The notes below the pieces were generated by a model. That model was not told the DNA's origin. It saw only the letters and a list, made by a program, of their open reading frames with translations, and did not search any database. Positions 1-11,859 of a DNA stretch of 64,000 nt are shown piece after piece; the stretch's first letter is position 1; each line of letters starts with the position of its first letter. The stretch covers positions 1-64,000 of the forward strand of contig JAUCBJ010006667.1 in assembly GCA_032718475.1 (NCBI GenBank). The letters are read 5' to 3'. A program made the translations under genes and the position numbers. This stretch comes from Nemertoderma westbladi. Taxonomy: Eukaryota > Animalia > Xenacoelomorpha.

Positions 1-1341
1 GATCATTTCTATAGCTAAGATTTATGATTACATGTTGTAAAAATGTCTGATTTGAGTTTAGAGGAGTTACTAAATCTTATACAGTATAAGTCTTCTATGT
101 AATTAATTTCTGATTATATGACTTCAATACAGTGAAATTCTTCTTTTACAACTAGCTATTAAACAAATACTAGCTACATCCCATCCACCCACTCACCTTG
201 CCAGCAACGATCAAAATAATTAGATGAAACAAATTCTATAAAATTTAAAAAAAATATATTTTTTAATTGTTTTAAAAATGTTCTAGAACAAAAATTATTT
301 GTTAACTTTTTTTTCCAGTTCTGATTAGCGAAGATGTTCTAGAACATTATTCAAAAGTAAAAATAGTACATTATTATTATTTTTTGTTAAATTGTTCTAG
401 AACAAAAAATATTTGTTCTAGAACATTTATGAATTTTTATAAACCAGCTAACATGTTCTGGAACATGTTCATAAACATAAATAGCAAAAACTAGCTAGTA
501 AAAATTTTAGAAATTTTTTTTTAAATTCTAGGGGCGTGTACCTATAACACATTTAGTACCCTTACCTAATGTGTGATTGTTTGCAGTAGTGACTGACTGT
601 AATAATGAAAGAATGGAGGTGGAAAAAAGTATAACTTTTTTTCATTATTCTCGAGGCACTTTATTTACCGAGCATCAGCGAGGTTAATAATGGGTCTAGA
701 GAATATTGAAAAAAAAATGTTCTACGATATTTTGTGTTGAAGACTTCTGACTAACGGCAGACAACTCGTTAATGGTGCCCATATGCTAAAGGCTTTGCTC
801 ACTTCGTGCTGCGCGAAGGCCCCACGAACGTGTGTAATACTGTAATAGGTCATACTGTGATGCGGTCATCGATTTGGCCTAAAAATTAGCATTGGGGTTA
901 CATGCAAGGCGAACATTACTCAACGCCGAAGTATTAACACCGATTTGTTATTTAGCACTTTACAACTTTAGAGGACATTACAGCATTGTATTGGCCTGTA
1001 CAATTAGTATTGTATTTGGTGTTATCAGTTAAGTAATGTCCCCCTAGTGGACATTACTTAACGCCGTCATATTGGTTACCACGTAAACAATAGGTGGAAA
1101 TTTCCTGACAGCCAGATAGGCCTACTGCATTACATTTAATAAATACACAATATTCTAGATTAGGCCTACAGTCAGACAAGTACAACCTCTGAACCTATCT
1201 GCCTATGTAGTACCTGAGTACTGTTGTCTGGTAGTAGGCCCTGCGCCCTGATCTAGTCTAGTCTCTACCGGTACCAGTACTCTAGTATCTGAGTATAGCG
1301 TAGTTCTATGACTTTTGATTTTTGTTCATTTACATGGCATC

Positions 1342-1935
1342 ATGGCGGGAGCAATAGCTCATATTGACGATTTGTTAAAGGAATATTTGTTATTCCGAGG
1401 ATTTATCCAAACGTACAAGAGCTTCGAAAACGATTTGAAACTGGATAGAGACCACGCTTACCGAGTAGAAAAGATAATCGAATACGCGATGACGTTGATA
1501 TCAACGTACGATATCCAGGGCCTCAAAGATTATTGGGGTTACCTGGATAGGAAGTTCTTCTCCCGTCTAGAACAACGGTATCAATCGAGTGTCAGAAAAA
1601 TAGAGGCTTCTTTACTCAAGTATTATTTAGTTAACGCCACTCAGAACAACCGCCAAGATAAGGTTTTGGAGTTTTTTGAACGTTATTCGGACGATATGCA
1701 GGGCCATTCGGACTGGAAGGAGTGGTTCATCTTACCATTTATTAAGAACCCTGATCAGTATACCCAGTTCAGTTCTTATTTTACTAAATCCTGGGTTGAC
1801 ACCTTCCAAGTGACGCTCAACAACTTTGTCGCTGTCGTCTTCGCCAACGTGCCGCTTCCTTCGCTACTGAAGTTCGAAGAGGATTTAATGAGGACAGCGA
1901 AACTCATAGATGACCGCACTATGCTGAAGGAGCAG
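1342..1935 (+). CDS. WDR91: WD repeat-containing protein 91, exon 1 (N-terminal LisH-like/coiled region)
   Basis: ATG at 1342 gives MAGAIAHIDDLLKEYLLFRGF...W.EWF.LPF..NP, matching the WDR91 N-terminus as I recall it. Donor CAG|GTTGAG at 1936 is phase 0 and joins exon 2 in frame. Confidence 0.85.
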
Positions 1936-1980
1936 GTTGAGTATTGCAGTTATTTTTGCTTGAATTTCAACTTCGTTTAA

Positions 1981-2137
1981 TAGTCCTAGTGGCTTCCTAG
2001 TCCTAGTGGCTACAGGGCTAGTCCTAGTGGCTTCAGGGCTAGTCCTAGTGGCTTCCTAGTCCTAGTGGCTACAGGGCTAGTCCTAGTGGCTTCAGGGCTA
2101 GTCCTAGTGGCTTCCTAGTCCTAGTGGCTTCAGGGCT
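1981..2137. repeat. Short tandem repeat (TAGTCCTAGTGGCT[T/A]CAGGGC-type, alternating 16/21-bp units) in the WDR91 intron
   Basis: Units visible directly in the sequence. Confidence 0.9.
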
Positions 2138-2237
2138 TGTTTCACTGTCTTATAACCGGTATTCTTTATTATTATTCAACAGTTTAAATCGTAATGAGAT
2201 ATCATTAAACTTGAACAATGATAGTTTGACTACTTAG

Positions 2238-2890
2238 CGGGGATGGCATAACAGCATAACGAAACAAACTACAGAAATTTCGATTTCGTTTTATTTCATA
2301 AATTTCGCTTCGTACTTACCAATCCCCGACGAAATTAAATATGCGTTTTGTTTTTATCAATCTATGAAATTTTCCTTTCGTTTCATACATTATAAATTAT
2401 TTTTCGTTTCGTTTCGTTTTTTTTTTTATCTAAAATGTTGATATCGCATCTACACCAGTTGCTGTATTTAGTTTGTCATTTACTATGACGTATTTCCTTA
2501 GTCCCTTACAATGCTATTGTTGTAGAATGTAGACCCTCGGTCTTAGCGGTTACAATGCAATGGTACTGGTATCTCTGGTAGGCAATAATGTTGCTGTATT
2601 GAAGGAAATAATTTACAATCTGTAACTGTTTGTACATTAAAACAATTATCTAGAATCGAATATCATTATTATTTATAAATTATCAATAATTTTTATATAA
2701 ATTTTTATATCTTTATTACTTTTTAATTTAACGAAACGAAACGAAAAATTTAACTAAACGAAACGCGTATTATTTCGTTTCGTTTTGTTATTTCCAAGTA
2801 TTTTTATTTAGTTCGTTTAACATTCTTTCGTTACGTTATTTTTCCGTTTCGTTATTGCCAAATATACCTCGTTTCGTTATGCTATCCCTT
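2238..2890. mobile_element. Non-autonomous hAT-like MITE in the WDR91 intron
   Basis: Imperfect TIRs (GGGATGGCATAAC..CGAAAC / GTTTCGTTATGCTATCCC), subterminal AACGAAAC repeats, and a near-perfect 8-bp TSD CTACTTAG/CTTCTTAG. Confidence 0.7.
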
Positions 2891-3397
2891 CTTCTTAGTT
2901 GGGGAATTAGAATCTTGGTTTTAATTTTCAAACTTTTTTACTATTAATTAACTATTACAAATGTTTAAATACAAAAAGAGACAAGTCACTTCTATACAGT
3001 GTGATTTTCGGCCTTTTACAGGGTGAAGATGTAATTTTTTTTACCGGTAATAGTTTTCCTATTTGCTAATTTTTTCTCCTTTTTTTTTGTTTTATGCATT
3101 TGTTCCTTTTTTGCTTGCCGGTATAAATATAATTTATTTATTTTTTTAATATAATACATATTTGCTATTTTCCTTTCTCTTTTGTTTTGTAGCATATTAT
3201 TTTTCCTTTCTACCGCAGTTCCAGTACCAACAAAAATTATCATGCAATATCAAGAAAAGGAAAATATAGGCCAACTTTTCTTAATTGAAAAAGTAAAATA
3301 ATAATTTTATTACTTGGGAAATATTTTTCACTATTCTCTAAGTAATTTTTTAATAAAGGGTCGATATAATATTGAAAAGAAAATGTTTAAAAAAATT

Positions 3398-3640
3398 TAT
3401 TACGTAATTAGAGAGCCGCATAACTACATATAAACCAATATTGGATATTGAGTTCCGTTGTGTAGTACCGCTTGCAGACACTAAGATTACAACAACTTTT
3501 AGTTTGTGAATGGATTTTGCTCAATTTACTTGCAAACCTTTTCTACTTCGATGCTCTCTCACCACATGTAATAAAATTTATAAGAAATTCCACCGAAAAT
3601 ATTTTCACATTTTCTTATTTTACTTTTTCGCCGGGAAAAA
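3398..3640 (+). repeat. Dispersed repeat, near-identical to about 12255-12490
   Basis: About 200 bp shared, starting TATTACGTAA.TAGAGAGCCGCATAACTAC. Confidence 0.85.
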
Positions 3641-4699
3641 AAATAAAATAAATACAATCTTATGAGTTACTTTTTCTCATTTTTCTCCCTATGGAGCGAA
3701 AATGTAACAATTTAAGAATAAAATCTTATTTCTAACAAAGCAAAAAGAGTGAAAACAAATAAAACAAATAATGTGCCACAAAACCAAAATGGGGAAAAAT
3801 ATTTCATTTTATTATTTGAGAAAATACGTATAACTTATTCCTCTCTATTCTCGAGGTTCCGGTATTTTTTTACGCTCGGTAAATAAACCTCGCTATTATT
3901 ATCTAGGGAGGGTAATAAAGAGTAAAGAGAATAGATTTTGCTCAAATTACTTACAAAACTTTTCTACTTCAATGCTTTTTCAACACAAGTAGGCCTAATA
4001 AAATTTAAGAAATTCCATTAAAAATACTTTTCATTTTCTTATTTTAATTATTTTGTCTTTTTTCGCCGGGAAAAAGTAAAATTAATGCAACCTTATCTGG
4101 GCTAGGGCACTTGTTTTCCCCACTCTGGGATATCAAAAGCAAGCAACGAAAAAGTAACAATTTAAGAAAAATATATATTTCTAAGCAAAAAATAAGAAAA
4201 AAATATATTTATAAGTAAAAAATTGAAAAGTTAATCTCATCCCATAAAAGGGTATATAAATGGGGAAAATTAACTACATGCTTGGTACTTATTGCGCTTA
4301 TTGGCTGTTATATAACTATGAACTGTACCAGTACCAGTACTACCTAGAAGCCAAGTGTGAATGAATCCATGACAATCGCGGCTGTGGGATCCATTACCGG
4401 TACAATCTCTACAATGGGTTACAACGTTTACTACGGGGGTAAAAAGGGAATTTTGTGTAGTAAAATTATAGATAAGTAAAGTGAAGATATATTTAAACAT
4501 GTGTTTCACGATATATGAAAATCCCGGGATTTTGGAGTGTTTTGAATACGAAAATAGTTGGCCACATTCAGCCACCTTATCTATTCTATTTGCATTATCT
4601 TATAAAACGTTTAGGGTAGAGATAATACTTCAGTAAAGGCTTATTAATTGGCTATTGTTATCCCCGACTAAATGTTCTCCATTTACTTTCACTTTCCAG

Positions 4700-6274
4700 G
4701 TGTCTGTTCTTCAACAAACCTATCTGACCGGGTCCCAGTCGTCCAGGCAAGCGGACAAAGTGTCCCGATTTACCGGGTCGCAGGATGTCTCCGACGACTT
4801 CCATCTGCTGACCCCGGGGGAACCCAGCCCCCCTCCGGCCCCCCGTAGCTCCGTGGTCCCTCGCCGCCCCTCCAACCTCCACAACCGAGCCAAATCATCT
4901 GGATTCCCTAAATCCCCAGTCGCCTTGAAGAAAAAGTTATCTGACCCGGAAAACCCGGTTGGGGGTCAAGGCGTCACTAAAAAAGTAGAATTCAAAATAA
5001 AAACTAGTAGCGAGACGGAAAAAAAGAGAAGCGGTAAGAAAGTCGTTTTGGATCGATCGAAATCTCTATCGGCGGAAGCGGAAACTGAAAAGAGTTCCGA
5101 TAGAATCGTTAAAATACATTCGGTATCGGAACCTTTCAATGGAAGTTACGACAAAACGGACGTAACGGACAGTAACGTTACGCCGAACACGACCCGACCA
5201 TTCGTTATCGTAACTCGGGATTACTACCGGGAGCACCGCGGTTCCGGTATAGTGAACGCGAGGTTCTCCACCGGGGGGAACCTCGTCGCCTCGTCCGACT
5301 GCTCCGGGGCGCTCCGCGTCTGGTCCTGGAGCTTCCCGCCCACCACGCAGCCCTGCGACGCCGCCTCGCGGGGCTCCCCGGTACTCTCCCTCGAGTGGGC
5401 CGCCAAACAGGAGCGACTGCTGCTCCTGGGCGGTCGGGACAGTTCGGTGCGAGTCCTCGACACCGACACCAACCGGACTCTCTGCGATCTGTACACGGAC
5501 CCGAGTTTCTCACGCGTAGTCGCGCTCGCCTCCAGCCCCAACGGGACTCACTTCGCCTCGTCCAGCACGTTGGGACGCACCTCCACCGGCGGTGCGCCCA
5601 CCGGTATAGGTCTCACCGGCGTTCCAACAACCTCCTCTCTCTCCTCGATAACCGGGCCCCCCAACGCGAACTACTTCCAACCCGGTAAACTCCAGTACTG
5701 GAACCTAAAGCAGCGCGCTGTGGAGCGCGACCTTCCGCTGTCTGCGACGGCCTCCACGCCGCCCGTCGCCGCCAGCTGTTTGACCTTCAACCACAACGGT
5801 TCCATGCTGCTCTGTGGGACTCACGATGGCTGCGTTAAGATATTCGATATGCGGCGTTTCGACCAGCTTTACTCTTGGGACGTTTCGTCCTCCCAACTAG
5901 TTTCGTTGCGTTTCTCCCCCGACGAAACTTCGGTTTACTCGATGGCCGCCGACGGGGGTTTCTCCCAGTGGAGTATCCGGGGCAACGCAGTCCGACTGCG
6001 GGACTTCCCGAGTGCCGCCGCTGGGGGGCGCTGTTGCTTCGCCCTAGACGCGGAGGCCCAGCACGCGTTGGTGGGCGGACTCCAGGGCGCCCGGATCCAC
6101 AGGATCGGAGGCCCTCTAGGGTTCGCTGAGTCCATGTTGCTAGGAGACGAGAGTTCCCCAGTCTCCACTGTAGACTGGATGGTGACTGAGCGGACCAGTG
6201 TCTGTCTGACGGGGGCTGCTGATGGGAGAGTGCAGATCGCGACATTAATCACTAGGGAGGACTTCCTGTCGTAG
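4700..6274 (+). CDS. WDR91: WDR91 exon 2 (Ser-rich linker plus C-terminal WD40 repeats)
   Basis: Pyrimidine-rich acceptor TTTCACTTTCCAG|G at 4699/4700, phase 0. Motifs YREH, VLSLEWAAKQERLLLLG, FNHNGSMLL, FSPDETSVYS and VSTVDW; stop TAG at 6272-6274. Confidence 0.85.
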   Translation: MSVLQQTYLTGSQSSRQADKVSRFTGSQDVSDDFHLLTPGEPSPPPAPRSSVVPRRPSNLHNRAKSSGFPKSPVALKKKLSDPENPVGGQGVTKKVEFKIKTSSETEKKRSGKKVVLDRSKSLSAEAETEKSSDRIVKIHSVSEPFNGSYDKTDVTDSNVTPNTTRPFVIVTRDYYREHRGSGIVNARFSTGGNLVASSDCSGALRVWSWSFPPTTQPCDAASRGSPVLSLEWAAKQERLLLLGGRDSSVRVLDTDTNRTLCDLYTDPSFSRVVALASSPNGTHFASSSTLGRTSTGGAPTGIGLTGVPTTSSLSSITGPPNANYFQPGKLQYWNLKQRAVERDLPLSATASTPPVAASCLTFNHNGSMLLCGTHDGCVKIFDMRRFDQLYSWDVSSSQLVSLRFSPDETSVYSMAADGGFSQWSIRGNAVRLRDFPSAAAGGRCCFALDAEAQHALVGGLQGARIHRIGGPLGFAESMLLGDESSPVSTVDWMVTERTSVCLTGAADGRVQIATLITREDFLS

Positions 6275-6392
6275 TATGGGGGGGGGGGGGGGGGGGGGGG
6301 GTGTTTTGCTACTACCCAGTCAAAAGGTAAAACATAATTATTATCTCATAATATATTATTTCTAGAATGCTTATTGAATTCTAGAATTCTTA

Positions 6393-8079
6393 GAAGTCTG
6401 GCACCATATTGCTGGGTTGGAAGTCTGGCACCATGTTGCTGGGTTGGAAGTCTGGCAGCATGTTGCTGGGTTGGAAGTCTGGCACCATGTTGCTGGGTTG
6501 GAAGTCTGGCACCATGTTGCTGGGTTGGAAGTCTGGCACCATGTTGCTGGGTTGGAAGTCTGGCAGCATGTTGCTGGGTTGGAAGTCTGGCACCATGTTG
6601 CTGGGTTGGAAGTCTGGCACCATGTTGCTGGGTTGGAAGTCTGGCACCATGTTGCTGGGTTGGAAGTCTGGCAGCATGTTGCTGGGTTGGAAGTCTGGCA
6701 GCATGTTGCTGGGTTGGAAGTCTGGCACCATGTTGCTGGGTTGGAAGTCTGGCAGCATGTTGCTGGGTTGGAAGTCTGGCACCATATTGCTGGGTTGGAA
6801 GTCTGGTAGCATGTTGCTGGGTTCGAAGTCTGGCACCATATTGCTGGGTTGGAAGTCTGGCCCCATATTGCTGGGTTGGAAGTCTGGCACCATGTTGCTG
6901 GGTTGGAAGTCTGGCACCATGTTGCTGGGTTGGAAGTCTGGCACCATATTGCTAGGTTGGAAGTCTGGCAGCATGTTGCTGGGTTGGAGGTCTGGCACCA
7001 TATTGCTGGGTTGGAAGTCTGGCCCCATATTGCTGGGTTGGAAGTCTGGCACCATGTTGCTGGGTTGGAAGTCTGGCCCCATATTGCTGGGTTGGAAGTC
7101 TGGCACCATGTTGCTGGGTTGGAAGTCTGGCACCATGTTGCTGGGTTGGAAGTCTGGCACCATATTGCTGGGTTGGAAGTCTGGCACCATGTTGCTGGGT
7201 TGGAAGTCTGGCACCATGTTGCTGGGTTGGAAGTCTGGCACCATATTGCTGGGTTGGAAGTCTGGTAGCATGTTGCTGGGTTCGAAGTCTGGCACCATAT
7301 TGCTGGGTTGGAAGTCTGGCCCCATATTGCTGGGTTGGAAGTCTGGCACCATGTTGCTGGGTTGGAAGTCTGGCACCATGTTGCTGGGTTGGAAGTCTGG
7401 CACCATATTGCTAGGTTGGAAGTCTGGCAGCATGTTGCTGGGTTGGAAGTCTGGCACCATATTGCTGGGTTGGAAGTCTGGCCCCATATTGCTGGGTTGG
7501 AAGTCTGGCACCATGTTGCTGGGTTGGAAGTCTGGCCCCATATTGCTGGGTTGGAAGTCTGGCACCATGTTGCTGGGTTGGAAGTCTGGCACCATGTTGC
7601 TGGGTTGGAAGTCTGGCCCCATATTGCTGGGTTGGAAGTCTGGCACCATGTTGCTGGGTTGGAAGTCTGGCCCCATATTGCTGGGTTGGAAGTCTGGCAC
7701 CATGTTGCTGGGTTGGAAGTCTGGCACCATATTGCTGGGTTGGAAGTCTGGCACCATGTTGCTGGGTTGGAAGTCTGGCACCATATTGCTGGGTTGGAAG
7801 TCTGACACCATATTGCTGGGTTGGAAGTCTGGCAGCATGTTGCTGGGTTGGAAGTCTGGCACCATATTGCTGGGTTGGAAGTCTGGCAGCATGTTGCTGG
7901 GTTGGAAGTCTGGCACCATATTGCTGGGTTGGAAGTCTGGCCCCATATTGCTGGGTTGGAAGTCTGGCACCATGTTACTGGGTTGGAAGTCTGGCACCAT
8001 GTTGCTGGGTTGGAAGTCTGGCACCATGTTGCTGGGTTGGAAGTCTGGCACCATGTTGCTGGGTTTGAAGTCTGGCACC
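6393..8079. repeat. 27-bp minisatellite, about 62 copies (GAAGTCTGGCACCATGTTGCTGGGTTG)
   Basis: Direct tandem units. Variant patterns recur at a 459-bp (17-unit) spacing. Confidence 0.98.
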
Positions 8080-8519
8080 CCGGGGTTGGGGTGGGTGGTT
8101 CCTATTCTAAGACAGGGGGTGGGTGTGGTTTATTACAGTTGTTGTTTGGGGTTTTTTATATTCGCCTTCTTTCTTAGCAGAAAGCTTGCCGTGTAAATCT
8201 TACACTTTATTGAAAACACAATCTTGTTGATTAGTAATTATTCTATAATCCTTCCCTAGGCTGTATAAATAAAGTAATGTTTATATTATTTATTCAAAAT
8301 ACCAATTAGTATGTTCAATTATGCTAGAAATTAAATAATAAATATATGCCATGCCAAACGGACAAATTGTCGATTTTCATCTGCTTTGCTAATAGTAATA
8401 ATTATTAATTAACAATCCACAGTCAATGAATTCACAAAATTAATTCACAATCCATGTCCCAGCTCGTGTGTTATAAGGTTATCAATTTTCTGTACATGAA
8501 AATCACTAGAGAGCAAATG

Positions 8520-8684
8520 TAAGTTTGTGCTAATTTTGTGTTTGTGAAGTTTGTGCTAATTTTGTGTTTGTAAAGTTTGTGCTAATCTTGTGTTTGTGAA
8601 GTTTGTGCTAATCTTGTGTTTGTGAAGTTTGTGCTAATCTTGTGTTTGTGAAGTTTGTGCTAATCTTGTGTTTGTGAAGTTTGT
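8520..8684. repeat. 26-bp tandem repeat (AAGTTTGTGCTAATCTTGTGTTTGTG), about 6 copies
   Basis: Direct tandem units. Confidence 0.95.
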
Positions 8685-8851
8685 CTTTTATAATTTTACT
8701 TAATTATAATAAATTATTTACTTTGAAAATCATCAATTAAAATTGTTACAACTTACAATACTAATAATATACATTGAATATGATATTATTCAGTGAAGCA
8801 TTTGAAGTAAAAAAAAACCGGTACCGGTCCGGTAGTCGGCCATGTAACTGC

Positions 8852-9041
8852 TAACTAAAACACAACTGAACCTAGACGTTACATGCAGTCAGTGATCAGC
8901 AGGTTTCGCCTCACAGCGGAAAGACATTTCCATACCAAGGAAGTGGAGGCTAATGAAATGGAGAGGCCCTTGATCTGATCAGCTGACTGACATATGGTGA
9001 TCATTGATTATGCATCCTCTAGGTCAGTTGGTTTTCAGTTA
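8852..9041. mobile_element. Small foldback/MITE-like element
   Basis: Imperfect inverted ends TAACTAAAA.CAACTGA.CCTAGA / TCTAGGTCAGTTGGTTTTCAGTTA and an inner CAGTCAG.TGATCAG / CTGATCAGCTGACTG pair. Confidence 0.5.
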
Positions 9042-9507
9042 CCAGTGTTTATACTAGTTTTGGTGAGGTTTGTTTACTTACTTGACATATTATATTAATA
9101 TAACCCTTTTAATTCAGTTCTTTTACCGGTATTTATTTTTAAGTTGGACATTAACCTAGGATTTGAAATTACCTACATTTCTTTTGGAGGTGTTGTTTGG
9201 TTTTATTTGAAACTTTCTAATGAACTGAAATAATTATTTTGAGAAGTTAGATACAAGTAGCCCAGTAAATTATAATTAAATTAAGTCACCAGTCTAACGG
9301 GTCCAGATTTTTTATCGTTAAGATATTTCAGCTGGTATATACATTTCTTTATTTGTTCTATGTAGTTTATGCGATGCTTATTTAATTATAAAATAATATG
9401 AAAACCTTTCATGGCCTAATTGCAGAGATATTTTTTCGAAAAGTTTAAAAATGTCAGTTTCACGAATCTGTTTGGTTATTAATTAATATTAATTTATTTA
9501 CAAAAAT

Positions 9508-11613
9508 ACCGCAGGCCAGGCGGTGTGGTTTACTAACAACAAACCCCAAGCTAGAACCGCAGGCCAGGGGGTGTGGTTTACTAACAACAAACCCCAAGCT
9601 AGAACCGCAGGCCAGGGGGTGTGGTTTACTAACAACAAACCCCAAGCTAGAACCGCAGGCCAGGCGGTGTGGTTTACTAACAACAAACCCCAAGCTAGAA
9701 CCGCAGGCCAGGGGGTGTGGTTTACTAACAACAAACCCCAAGCTAGAACCGCAGGCCAGGCGGTGTGGTTTACTAACAATAAACCCCAAGCTAGAACCGC
9801 AGGCCAGGCGGTGTGGTTTACTAACAATAAACCCCAAGCTAGAACCGCAGGCCAGACGGTGTGGTTTACTAACAACAAACCCCAAGCTAGAACCGCAGAC
9901 CAGGCGGTGTGGTTTACTAACAACAAACCCCAAGCTAGAACCGCAGGCCAGGCGGTGTGGTTTACTAACAACAAACCCCAAGCTAGAACCGCAGGCCAGG
10001 CGGTGTGGTTTACTAACAATATACCCCAAGTTAGAACCGCAGGCCAGGCGGTGTGGTTTACTAACAACAAACCCCAAGCTAGAACCGCAGGCCAGGCGGT
10101 GTGGTTTACTAACAACAAACCCCAAGCTAGAACCGCAGGCCAGGCGGTGTGGTTTACTAACAACAAACCCCAAGCTAGAACCGCAGGCCAGGCGGTGTGG
10201 TTTACTAACAACAAACCCCAAGCTAGAACCGCAGGCCAGGGGGTGTGGTTTACTAACAACAAACCCCAAGCTAGAACCGCAGGCCAGGCGGTGTGGTTTA
10301 CAAACAACAAACCCCAAGCTAGAACCGCAGGCCAGGCGGTGTGGTTTACTAACAACAAACCCCAAGCTAGAACCGCAGGCCAGGCGGTGTGGTTTACTAA
10401 CAACAAACCCCAAGCTAGAACCGCAGGCCAGGCGGTGTGGTTTACTAACAACAAACCCCAAGCTAGAACCGCAGGCCAGGCGGTGTGGTTTACTAACAAC
10501 AAACCCCAAGCTAGAACCGCAGGCCAGACGGTGTGGTTTACTAACAACAAACCCCAAGCTAGAACCGCAGGCCAGGCGGTGTGGTTTACTAACAACAAAC
10601 CCCAAGCTAGAACCGCAGACCAGGCGGTGTGGTTTACTAACAACAAACCCCAAGCTAGAACCGCAGGCCAGGCGGTGTGGTTTACTAACAACAAACCCCA
10701 AGCTAAAACCGCAGGCCAGGCGGTGTGGTTTACTAACAATAAACCCCAAGTTAGAACCGCAGGCCAGGCGGTGTGGTTTACTAACAACAAACCCCAAGCT
10801 AGAACCGCAGGCCAGGCGGTGTGGTTTACTAACAACAAACCCCAAGCTAGAACCGCAGGCCAGGCGGTGTGGTTTACTAACAACAAACCCCAAGCTAGAA
10901 CCGCAGGCCAGGCGGTGTGGTTTACTAACAACAAACCCCAAGCTAGAACCGCAGGCCAGGGGGTGTGGTTTACTAACAACAAACCCCAAGCTAGAACCGC
11001 AGACCAGGCGGTGTGGTTTACTAACAACAAACCCCAAGCTAGAACCGCAGGCCAGGCGGTGTGGTTTACTAACAACAAACCCCAAGCTAGAACCGCAGAC
11101 CAGGCGGTGTGGTTTACTAACAACAAACCCCAAGCTAGAACCGCAGGCCAGGCGGTGTGGTTTACTAACAACAAACCCCAAGCTAGAACCGCAGGCCAGG
11201 GGGTGTGGTTTACTAACAACAAACCCCAAGCTAGAACCGCAGGCCAGGCGGTGTGGTTTACTAACAACAAACCCCAAGCTAGAACCGCAGACCAGGCGGT
11301 GTGGTTTACTAACAACAAACCCCAAGCTAGAACCGCAGGCCAGGCGGTGTGGTTTACTAACAACAAACCCCAAGCTAGAACCGCAGGCCAGGCGGTGTGG
11401 TTTACTAACAACAAACCCCAAGCTAGAACCGCAGACCAGGCGGTGTGGTTTACTAACAACAAACCCCAAGCTAAAACCGCAGGCCAGGCGGTGTGGTTTA
11501 CTAACAACAAACCCCAAGCTAGAACCGCAGGTCAGGCGGTGTGGTTTACTAACAATAAACCCCAAGCTAGAACCGCAGGCCAGGCGGTGTGGTTTACTAA
11601 CAATAAACCCCAA
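9508..11613. repeat. 48-bp minisatellite, about 44 copies (ACCGCAGGCCAGGCGGTGTGGTTTACTAACAACAAACCCCAAGCTAGA)
   Basis: Highly homogeneous direct tandem units. Confidence 0.98.
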
Positions 11614-11859
11614 TCTAGATATAGTTAATGCCAAACGCGTACTTTTATAATTAGTAATATGGTAGTGTAATTAATAAATTTATAGAGATGCCACTTTATT
11701 CATTTAAATTCTTACTTCTATTTTGTGCAATAATTATTGAGTGATTTTTTATTAACAATTGAATTATATTATTAATAATTACCCACCTACAACATTCTAA
11801 TTGATTTCTATCATGTTGACAGACATCGATAGTATAGTATAACTTATTTGAGTCTCATT

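Noticed and set aside
4658-6252. Short overlapping or antisense ORFs within GC-rich CDSs (also in POLA2, WDR34, RPL11 and pol)
   Set aside because: Shadow frames expected from high GC content.
6374-8196. Long repetitive ORFs (562-595 aa) over the 27-bp array
   Set aside because: Unit length is a multiple of 3, so several frames on both strands stay open. There is no unique coding flank or codon-position bias.
9460-11634. 670-724-aa ORFs over the 48-bp array, and possible CRISPR-like array
   Set aside because: Same frame artefact. Units are contiguous with no unique spacers, there are no cas genes, and the context is eukaryotic.
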